From Antedon mediterranea (lineage: Eukaryota > Animalia > Echinodermata): 64,000 nucleotides of DNA. Both the position numbers and the translations under genes were made by a program. The DNA lies in contig NC_092671.1 of assembly GCF_964355755.1 (NCBI RefSeq), positions 16,492,001 through 16,556,000 on the forward strand. Direction: 5' to 3'. Under the pieces are notes generated by a model. That model saw only the letters and a program-made list of their open reading frames with translations. It had not been told where the DNA came from and searched no databases. Positions 39,101-48,079 of the stretch are shown here, piece by piece. Position 1 is the first letter of the stretch; every line of letters begins with the position of its first letter.

Positions 39101-39560
39101 TTGATCGAAAACAATCAAGAAACAAATCATGAGATACAATCAATATTGTTAAAGAAATAGCAACTTTAAGCTAAGGTATACTATAGGCTAGGCCTTGGTC
39201 ATAGGCCCAGCCTAGCTAGCCAGGCCAGCCTCCTTTCTAGCCTTCTAGCTCTAGGCCTATGTCCTACCTAGCCTAGCCTAGCTAGGCCTCTGTAGCCGGC
39301 GCCCTGTAGCCTACTATTAGGCAAGTTAGAGCATATGCTTCACAAAAGAAAAACTAAAATATTCTTAAATATGCTAGGCCTAGGCCAAGACAAGTACGTA
39401 TTTTAGGTAGGCCTATATGCCACGTACCCTCAAGATAATAACCAACACCGTGTAGAACAAGAATCACTGCGAGAAGTGTGAAGGCTAGCCTTTTGGCGTT
39501 CTTCATTGAGCATTTTTCAGTTAACTCTCTTGTGGATTGTTCAAGAACACCACCAGCCAT
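18124..39560 (-). CDS. CASD1: CAS1 domain-containing protein 1 / sialate 9-O-acetyltransferase (multi-exon)
   Basis: Approximate exons: 39428-39560, 36736-36832 ([11 protein letters not shown]), 36399-36519 (IVGDSRMR, catalytic GDS), 35649-35693, 31730-31792, 28607-28701, 27617-27693, 26542-26633, 25739-25843 (DGLH, DxxH), 25212-25338, 24669-24959, 23845-23950, 23330-23419 ([14 protein letters not shown]), 22236-22356, 21954-22109 ([13 protein letters not shown]), 21183-21262, 20958-21062, 20369-20509, 19388-19465, 18799-18891, 18124-18369 ([12 protein letters not shown]). GT-AG borders; phases consistent at the junctions checked. Confidence 0.93.
18509..18785. repeat. 34-bp minisatellite, ~8 copies (CASD1 last intron)
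   Basis: Unit ataaaatga(g/t)attgtatgttcatgtgacaaca(ta/gc). Confidence 0.92.
19521..20147. repeat. (CAG/TAG)n low-complexity tract with embedded 21-bp periodicity
   Basis: agcagtag runs; unit gtagagatataagtagcagca at ~19640-19910. Confidence 0.92.
21288..21627. mobile_element. MITE with TTAA TSD (Kolobok-like)
   Basis: TTAA|agatgtattgttccc...gggagacaatacacct|TTAA. A truncated relative lies at ~13559-13815. Confidence 0.7.
22482..23027 (+). mobile_element. 5'-truncated Penelope-like retroelement: GIY-YIG C-terminus, hammerhead-bearing pLTR and inverted pLTR copy
   Basis: Peptide [15 protein letters not shown]...CFTVLDS...[19 protein letters not shown] (22591-22804). 22482-22590 is the near-perfect reverse complement of 22919-23027. 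(TA)n at ~22370 and ~23027. Confidence 0.85.
22905..22942 (+). ncRNA. Minimal hammerhead ribozyme in Penelope pLTR
   Basis: CTGATGA-tgagaa-tagt-ttctc-GAAA-catg-TC; palindromic helix III; weak helix I. Confidence 0.7.
27040..27473. mobile_element. PIF/Harbinger-like MITE
   Basis: TIRs gggtctgtttctgctga / tcaacagaaacaggccc with 3-bp TTT flanks. Confidence 0.55.
28085..28565. repeat. (GAT)n-rich low-complexity tract
   Basis: Degenerate gatgatgacaatgatattgt repeats. Confidence 0.9.
28779..31428. mobile_element. Tc1/mariner (pogo/Tigger-like) MITE with a greatly expanded internal satellite
   Basis: TA|ctgtaaaaccttgaaaag ... cttttcgaggttttactg|TA termini enclose the 16-bp array. Confidence 0.7.
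28813..31404. repeat. 16-bp tandem satellite, ~160 units
   Basis: Unit aaaagaagcc(a/c)atctt; two main variants in runs, plus four adjacent aaaggaagcc variants near 29250-29300. Confidence 0.98.
31968..35360. mobile_element. 3.4-kb non-autonomous TIR element, TGT...ACA termini, 5-bp TSD (Ginger-like by termini)
   Basis: GACCT|tgtaacgccaaatgaagtgacattgccaaatgaggt ... acctcatttggcagtggtacctcatttggcgtgaca|GACCT; no transposase ORF seen. Confidence 0.72.
35823..36200. mobile_element. Degenerate copy of the 12002-12578 TTAA element (opposite orientation)
   Basis: TTAA|aggtcaggtacggg...tttctattgattatacattccaagaattatcgatctata matches the reverse complement of 12500-12578. Confidence 0.65.
38559..38866. 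mobile_element. PIF/Harbinger-like MITE, TTA TSD
   Basis: TTA|tgcacttgtcaattgcatgacccacta...cccccgggagaggtgcg with its inverted counterpart ending ...caattgacaagtgca|TTA. Confidence 0.8.
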
Positions 39561-40014
39561 CGTCAAACTATAATCAAGATGAAATGTAAACGGTAGAAAT
39601 TGACGCTGGGCTAGCAACCAAAGCTGTCACTTTCCTCGCCTCATATAAACATCGACGACGACACGCACGGCGGCCTAGTTTTTGACAGGTATATAAAATA
39701 TACCAAATTGGCTAGTTGAGAATTCTCAACTATTACCGCAGTACGCCTGTAACGACGAAGCCTACCGGTATAATGGGATAGGCTGATTTCCTTGTTAACT
39801 TAAGGGGTCATTTAATTACTGAATTATGATTGGTAGTAAAGGAAATTTACTGGAATCCTATTGGATGGTAAGGTGGTAGTAGGACCATGTCCATCCCATT
39901 GCAGTAATAAAGTTGAGCCACCTGCGACCATTACAATGTCCTACCATGCTAATGTAGGAGTGGGGAAATGTTATGCTTACTACTGTTTCTTTTAATAATT
40001 TAGTACAATTAATA

Positions 40015-41690
40015 AGAATAAAGAATACACTTAACAATATACAACAAATAACATTAATGTACGATGTAGTTTAACACTGTTCTCAACTATAGTCATTTTG
40101 GTATACTTGAGCACATTGATAAAGAATAGGATAAACTTAACAATATACAACAAATAACATTAATGTACGATCCCGTTTAACACTGTTCTCAACTATAGTC
40201 ATTTTGGTATACTTGAGCACAGTGATAAAGAATAGGATAAACTTAACAATATACAACAACAATGTACGATCCCGTTTAACACTGTTCTCAACTATAGTCA
40301 TTTTGGTATACTTGAGCACAGTGATAAAGAATAGGATAAACTTAACAATATACAACAAAAAACATTAATGTACGATCCAGTTTAACACTGTTCTCAACTA
40401 TAGTCATTTTGGTATACTTGAGAACAGTTATAAATAATAGGATAAACTTAACAATATACAACAAAAAACATTAATGTACGATCCAGTTTAACACTGTTCT
40501 CAACTATAGTCATTTTGGTATACTTGAGAACAGTGATAAAGAATAGGATAAACTTAACAATATACAACAAAAAACATTAATGTACGATCCCGTTTAACAC
40601 TGTTCTCAACTATAGTCATTTTGGTATACTTGAGCACAGTGATAAAGAATAGGATAAACTTAATAATATACAACAAATAACATTAATGTACGATCCAGTT
40701 TACCACTGTTCTCAACTATAGTCATTTTGGTATACTTGAGCACAGTGATAAAGAATAGGATAAACTTAAAAATATACAACAAAAAACATTAATGTCCGAT
40801 CCAGTTTAACACTGTTCTCAACTATAGTCATTTTGGTATACTTGAGCACAGTGATAAAGAATAGGATAAACTTAAAAATATACAACAAAAACATTAATGT
40901 ACGATCCAGTTTAACACTGTTCTCAACTATAGTTATTTTGGTATACTTGAGAACAGTGATAAAGAATAGGATAAACTTAACAATATACAACAAAAAACAT
41001 TAATGTACGATCCAGTTTAACACTGTTCTCAACTATAGTCATTTTGGTATACTTGAGCACAGTGATAAAGAATAGGATAAACTTAAAAATATACAACAAA
41101 AAACATTAATGTACGATCCAGTTTAATACTGTTCTCAACTATAGTTATTTTGGTATACTTGAGAACAGTGATAAAGAATAGGATAAACTTAACAATATAC
41201 AACAAAAAACGTACATTAATGTACGATCCCGTTTAACACTGTTCTCGACTATAGTCATTTTGGTATACTTGAGCACAGTGATAAAGAATAGGATAAACTT
41301 AACAATATACAACAAAAAACATTAATGTACGATCCCGTTTAACACTGTTCTCAACTATAGTCATTTTGGTATACTTGAGCACAGTGATAAAGAATAGGAT
41401 AAACTTAATGATATACAACAAATAACATTAATGTACGATCCAGTTTACCACTGTTCTCAACTATAGTCATTTTGGTATACTTGAGCACAGTGATAAAGAA
41501 TAGGATAAACTTAACAATATACAACAAAAAACATTAATGTACGATCCCGTTTACCACTGTTCTCAACTATAGTCATTTTGGTATACTTGAGCACAATATA
41601 CAACAAATAACATTAATGTACACGATTCTGTTTAACACTGTTCTCAACTATAGTCATTTTCATATACTTGAGCACAGTGATAATATGAAA
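40015..41690 (-). repeat. 106-bp satellite array, left arm (~15-16 units)
   Basis: Period measured 40075 to 40181 and 40280 to 40386; unit ...ttaacactgttctcaactatagtcattttggtatacttgagcacagtgataaagaataggataaacttaacaatatacaac... Confidence 0.97.
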
Positions 41691-43045
41691 AACATAATAA
41701 CACTATAATATTTGTAGATGAATGACGCGGACACATACATATGTTCATAAGTAATTGATATAAATTGACTTTTAAAAGTGGAATTAACACAAATGATTGT
41801 AGATAAATATGACGTGAATTGCACGTACATAATGTTGATGAGTAGAGTATATTTATATAAATCGACTTTGAAAAGTGAAATAACATTAATATTTGTAGAT
41901 GAATATGACGTGGACACGTACATATATTGATTAGTATATTGATATAAATCGACTTTTAAAAGTCAAATTAACACTAATATTTGTAGATGAATATGACTTG
42001 GACACGATTTACATATGTTGATGAGTATATTGATATAAATCGACTTTTAAAAGTGAAATAACACTAATATTTGTAGATGAATATGACGTGGACACGTACG
42101 GTACATAATGTTGATGAGTATATTGATATAAATCGACTTTTAAAAGTGAAATAACACTATTGATTGTAGATGAATATGACGTGGACAAGTACATTTATTG
42201 ATGAGTATATTGATATAAATCGACTTTTAAAAGTGAAATAACCCTATTAGCTGTACACTATTGATCATATATGAATATGACGTGAATTGCACGTACATAT
42301 GTTGATGAGTAGGCCTATATTGATATAATTGACTTCGAAAAGTGAAATAACACTGATTTGTAAATGAATATGACGTGGACAAGTACATTTATTGATGAGT
42401 ATATTGATAAATCGACTTTTAAAAGTGAAATAACACTAATATTTATAGATGAATATGACGTGGACACGTACATATGTTGATGAGTATATTGATATAAATC
42501 GACTTTTAAAAGAGGAATTAACACTATTGATTGTAGACGTGAATTGCACGTACATATGTTGATGAGTGTATTGATATAAATCGACTAAACGTTAAATAAC
42601 ACTATCTTGTACAAGTACCCCCACTTGCACTGATGAAGGGCTAGTGTTGCCCGAAAACTCTGCTAACTTTTCTGGCTGTTTTACTTTATCGTTTTGATTT
42701 AGCTTTTCGCTTCTTTTTTTGTATCTCCATTGAGACCACAGCATTGTTATTATTTCAGTATTTTGCCTTTGGATTTACTAATATTAAAAGTGAAATAACA
42801 CTAATGACTGTAGATGATATGACATTTATGTTGATGTATATATTTTTGTATATATAATATGCACACGTACATACGTTGATAGGTATTGATATAAATAGAT
42901 TTATAAAAGTACGGTAATAGACACTTTATTTGTAGATGAATACGACATGGACAAGTTGCAATAAATTCTATCGTTATATCGTATGTTGATGAGTATTGAT
43001 ATAAATCGACTTTTTTAAAGTGGAATAACACTAAAATGTATAGAT
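41690..43045. repeat. Diverged ~87-bp satellite array (central)
   Basis: Unit aaagtgaaataacactaatatttgtagatgaatatgacgtggacacgtacatatgttgatgagtatattgatataaatcgactttt; interrupted at ~42610-42780. Confidence 0.9.
42627..42663 (+). ncRNA. Minimal hammerhead ribozyme (second copy of the 12862 family) within a pLTR-like fragment ~42610-42775
   Basis: gca-CTGATGA-agggc-tagtgtt-gccc-GAAA-ac-TC-tgc, one substitution versus 12862; the downstream ~110 bp is homologous to 12899-13021. Confidence 0.68.
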
Positions 43046-43274
43046 GGCCTGGATAGGCCTCAACAAGTATTGTATTAAGCGGTACTGTATATTGATAGAC
43101 TTCATACCTGTAATGTCAATGAAATCTGGCAACAAGAATTGTGTTTGATCCTCCTAATAGTATTCTAATAATCTTGGTTTGTAAAGGAGGCATGAAAAAT
43201 CTAAACGCATAGCCAGGGGAGGGGTTGGAGTTTCGAACAAACTTCCCTGTGCCCGTCCTACGGTTTTTGTGAAC

Positions 43275-43390
43275 TTTTTAGTAGCGTGCAAACGCGACTC
43301 TACAGCTCACTATGTCGATCGGTCGGTCGGTAAACACCAACTCAAATTTGAGCACGCGACTGCAGCCATGTATAGGCCTATGGCCTGTTT
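43275..43390 (+). mobile_element. Miniature Helentron-associated (HINE/DINE-like) element
   Basis: ttttt-agtagcgtgcaaacgcgact 5' stem, (gtcg)n microsatellite, second gcacgcgact sub-terminal repeat, 3' stem-loop and ttt: the HINE layout. Confidence 0.5.
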
Positions 43391-43479
43391 ATACTAGAAA
43401 TCAGCAGTGAAAGTATATGTAAATAATATGTGTTAATATAGAATTAGTTTTTTTTATTTAATAAATAGTATTAAAGTTG

Positions 43480-45475
43480 ATCTTATTCTTTATCTGTGAT
43501 TAATTATACTCAAATGACTATAGTTTAAAACAGTATTAAACGGCATCTTACATTAATGTTATTTGCTGTTTATTCGAAGTTTATCCTATTCTTTATCACT
43601 GTGCTTAAATATACCAAAATGACTATAGTTGAGAACAGTGTTAAACTGGATCGTACATTAATGTTATTTGTTGTATATTGTTAAGTTTATCCTATTCTTT
43701 ATCACTGTGCTCAAGTATACCAAAATGACTATAGTCGAGAACAGTGTTAAACGGGATCATACATTAATGTTATTTGTTGTATAATGTTAAGTTTATCATA
43801 TTCTTTATCACTGTTCTCAAGTATCCAAAATGACTATAGTTGAGAACAGTGTTAAACTGGATCGTACATTAATGCTATTTGTTGTATATTGTTAAGTTTA
43901 TCCTATTCTTTATCACTGTGCTCAAGTATACCAAAATGACTATAGTCGAGAACAGTGTTAAACGGGATCGTACATTAATGTTATTTGTTGTATATTGTTA
44001 AGTTTATCCTATTCTTTATCACTGTGCTCAAGTATACCAAAATGACTATAGTCGAGAACAGTGTTAAACGGGATCGTACATTAATGTACGTTTTTTGTTG
44101 TATATTGTTAAGTTTATCCTATTCTTTATCACTGTTCTCAAGTATACCAAAATGACTATAGTTGAGAACAGTGTTAAACTGGATCGTACATTAATGTTTT
44201 TTGTTGTATATTGTTAAGTTTATCCTATTCTTTATCACTGTTCTCAAGTATACCAAAATGACTATAGTTGAGAACAGTGTTAAACTGGATCGTACATTAA
44301 TGTTTTTTGTTGTATATTTTTAAGTTTATCCTATTCTTTATCACTGTGCTCAAGTATACCAAAATGACTATAGTTGAGAACAGTGTTAAACTGGATCGTA
44401 CATTAATGTTTTTTGTTGTATATTGTTAAGTTTATCCTATTCTTTATCACTGTTCTCAAGTATACCAAAATGACTATAGTTGAGAACAGTGTTAAACTGG
44501 ATCGTACATTAATGCTATTTGTTGTATATTATTAAGTTTATCCTATTCTTTATCACTGTGCTTAAGTATACCAAAATGACTATAGTTGAGAACAGTGTTA
44601 AACGGGATCGTACATTAATGTTTTTTGTTGTATATTATTAAGTTTATCCTATTCTTTATCACTGTGCTCAAGTATACCAAAATGACTATAGTCGAGAACA
44701 GTGTTAAACGGGATCATACCTTAATGCTATTTGTTGTATATTATTAAGTTTATCCTATTCTTTATCACTGTGCTTAAGTATACCAAAATGACTATAGTTG
44801 AGAACAGTGTTAAACTGGATCGTACATTAATGTTATTTGTTGTATATTATTAAGTTTATCCTATTCTTTATCACTGTGCTCAAGTATACCAAAATGACTA
44901 TAGTTGAGAACAGTGTTAAACTGGATCGTACATTAATGCTATTTGTTGTATATTATTAAGTTTATCCTATTCTTTATCACTGTGCTCAAGTATACCAAAA
45001 TGACTATAGTTGAGAACAGTGTTAAACGGAATCGTACATTAATGTTATATGTTGTATATTGTTAAGTTTATCCTATTCTTTATCACTGTGCTCAAGTATA
45101 CCAAAATGACTATAGTTGAGAACAGTGTTTAACTACATCGTACATTAATGTTATGTGTTGTATATTGTTAAGTTTATCCTATTCTTTATCACTGTGCTCA
45201 AGTATACCAAAATGACTATAGTTGAGAACAGTGTTAAACGGGATCATACATTAATTTTATTTGTTGTATAATGTTAAGTTTATCCTATTCTTTATCACTG
45301 TTCTCAAGTATCCAAAATGACTATAGTTGAGAACAGTGTTAAACTGGATCGTACATTAATGCTATTTGTTGTATATTGTTAAGTTTATCCTATTCTTTAT
45401 CACTGTGCTCAAGTATACCAAAATGACTATAGTCGAGAACAGTGGTAAACTGGATCGTACATTAATTTTATCCTT
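43480..45475 (+). repeat. 106-bp satellite array, right arm (~18-19 units), inverted relative to the left arm
   Basis: Unit aagtttatcctattctttatcactgtgctcaagtataccaaaatgactatagttgagaacagtgttaaactggatcgtacattaatgttatttgttgtatattgtt is the reverse complement of the left unit. Confidence 0.97.
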
Positions 45476-46098
45476 TGCTTTACTGTGCTTTGATTTGATA
45501 AGCAAGTTTGGTTGCCCCGCCCCCATATGTTGCCTACTAAATTAGGATTCCCTAGCTTTTCTATAAAAATTGAAGTACCCACAATGCACGTTATACGGAA
45601 TTCATAATCTTGTAAAATACAGACACAATAGTTTTTATCGTATTGTTTTCATTTAAATATCACTAAGATTGTCTTAAACTACAAACAACTAAAATTAGTG
45701 AAGGTATGCAAGTGTTTCTAAATATTTATTACTGGTAGTATTAATACAATTTGGATTATATCATTTTCCAGAAAGGTAGAAAAAAACATAAAATAGTTGA
45801 GAATTCTCAACTAGCCAGGATGGTATAGGAAATATAGCTCTTTTTGAACGATAAAAATCACACACGCCACCTATCGACCATTAGAAGTGTGGTCAGCATT
45901 ATTTTTTGGCAAAGACTCATACAGTATACTTCTTCATTATCTTTGTTTTTGGCTATAATGTCTATTTCGTTTAACTTTATCTAGAATTGAAATAAGAATA
46001 CATTAATTCAAGTTGAGGAGAAGAAAATGGAAAATTAAATTAAAGCAAAAATACCATAACTTGTCACACAAAAAATGTTCTGATAAAAATCGAATAAC

Positions 46099-46106
46099 AT
46101 TTTATT
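46099..46106 (-). promoter_or_regulatory. Candidate polyadenylation signal of the SLC4 gene
   Basis: ttttatt on + gives AATAAA on -, followed by a T/GT-rich tract, ~2 kb past the stop codon. Other AATAAA candidates exist. Confidence 0.35.
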
Positions 46107-48079
46107 AACACTGAAATATTGCATACAATATGTGAATCAATTATTAATATAAAAATGAAAAAAAAAGATAAACTATATAGAAATCATCAACATCATTTGC
46201 ATGTTACTATATACAATAAAATATGCAGTTGGATATTCGTGAATATTTCTCTTTGGTTTTTCATAGAAACACATACAAATAAAACTTACTATATAATTGT
46301 ATACAAAAATAAATCAACGATTTTATTTTCAAATTTTCATCATCAAGTAAACAATCTTTTTAAATGAATAATAGGAAAAAAAATACAATTTCAATATATT
46401 TTTTTGTAGGCTACTGATAATTACATTAATCTCTAGTATATTTCAGTATATCCTTGTTATGGTCAAGGAGAATTACAATATGTAAATACAGTACAGTGTA
46501 TGAGATATTTGGGATATTAGCCAAAATAAAAAAAAATAAACCAAAATCTAAATCATAAATAAGTGCCCAATTGTGTTGCCGATTTTAGTTTAAAATTTAC
46601 TAGAAATTTATGATATAAATTCCATATTAAGCTGATGTGTGATAACAATACAAAATCCAACAACCAAACTTCATCATTCATTGTGCGCATCCAGATATTT
46701 TAGGACGCGTGTTCTCACTCCCTCGACATAGTTTTGATGGTTCGTAGTTCTAGGTAACGATCGACAACCATCGATTGACCTGACCTAGTTATTGTCATTT
46801 TTATTAATATAAAGAATCTATAGAAATCAAACAAAATGGAATGGAGTATGTACTGTACTCTATAAATACAATAAAGTTATACATTAAAAAACGTTTCATG
46901 GAATACATTCAATATGGAACTACATATAAAAAATGAATATAATGGAATAAAGTATACAGTATTTAATTATTGTTCAATATATAATATATTCTATAAATGT
47001 AGACAAGTAATAAACAATCCATTTTGTACATAATATAATTTACACAGTACTGTATCTTAATATAAGAACATAAAAACAGATCCTAACAACAGTAGAGGAT
47101 AGGAAAGTCACAGCTAAAGAGTGTTGTTGAATTTGTTTAGTACAAAATACAGAGTAAATGCTACTGATTCTAAAATATGAGCAGCAACCTTTATAAGTTG
47201 GAAAGAAAAATAGTAAGTTCTTTAATGATAGGATTATCATACTATTCTGCTTACATAAAAATCATGTTTTAGTCATTCATACATCACCCATAATACATGA
47301 GGCAAAGGCCCCTATTTTAGCACTCCTAAGGGGCCTTCTACACATGGATTTGGGCTGCTCATGTTTGGTGCCCCTTAAGCTCCTGGGTGTAGTGAGAGAG
47401 CGCTCATAGCCTTTACACCACTGCATTCACATCTCTAGTAGTCTCTAAAATATTGGTCTTAACAAATTGTAATAAAATTATTTTACATTGTGCAAAGAGT
47501 ACTGTATTCCACATAATGAGCACCAAACCTTTTTTGAATAACTGAATATTTTTGTAACAATAAAAATGTTATATTACACAATGCTACAAATTTGGCAATT
47601 GAAAATATTAAAAATATAACATTAGCACCATTCGTTTATTACTGGGAATCAGAGTTGAGTAACGTTTTAGACACATATATACAAACAGCTTAATATTACT
47701 AATGTTATGTTGATATTCTATGGACTGGATATTACTGATAGTAAATACTGTTGAATACAATTGCATTGGAACTATTTGTGTAAATAAATTGCTCTGCTTT
47801 TTAATCTTTTTCACATTCATTGATTGTAACTTAGTAGTAGTACTAAGTCTTTGTAGAGACACAATCACTTGGTTCAGTCAGCTACTGTATCTCTGCTATG
47901 GGACAAATCACTTGGTTGGTACATTGTCAAATATCATTATCAATGTTTCACATGTACTGATAGCTGCTAATGATGGTACTAACTGTCACATGACCCAGCT
48001 GTCATCCATTTCTGTAATCACCTGATCCTAACACTAGTGATTTGAAATTATCTGCAAATTGGGTTAACTACCTACACAA

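Larger units (their letters stand above)
39699..45827. mobile_element. ~6.1-kb foldback-like composite element with palindromic termini and internal satellites
   Basis: 26-bp perfect TIR (39709-39734 / 45792-45817) containing the palindrome TAGTTGAGAATTCTCAACTA, extended by tatacca/tggtata. Encloses inverted 106-bp arrays. No TSD or ORF found. Confidence 0.65.

Noticed and set aside
40137-43031. Several short repetitive ORFs
   Set aside because: Translations of satellite units with no coding signature.
40015-45475. Regularly spaced repeats resembling a CRISPR array
   Set aside because: Whole 106-bp units repeat with no unique spacers; no cas genes; eukaryotic context.
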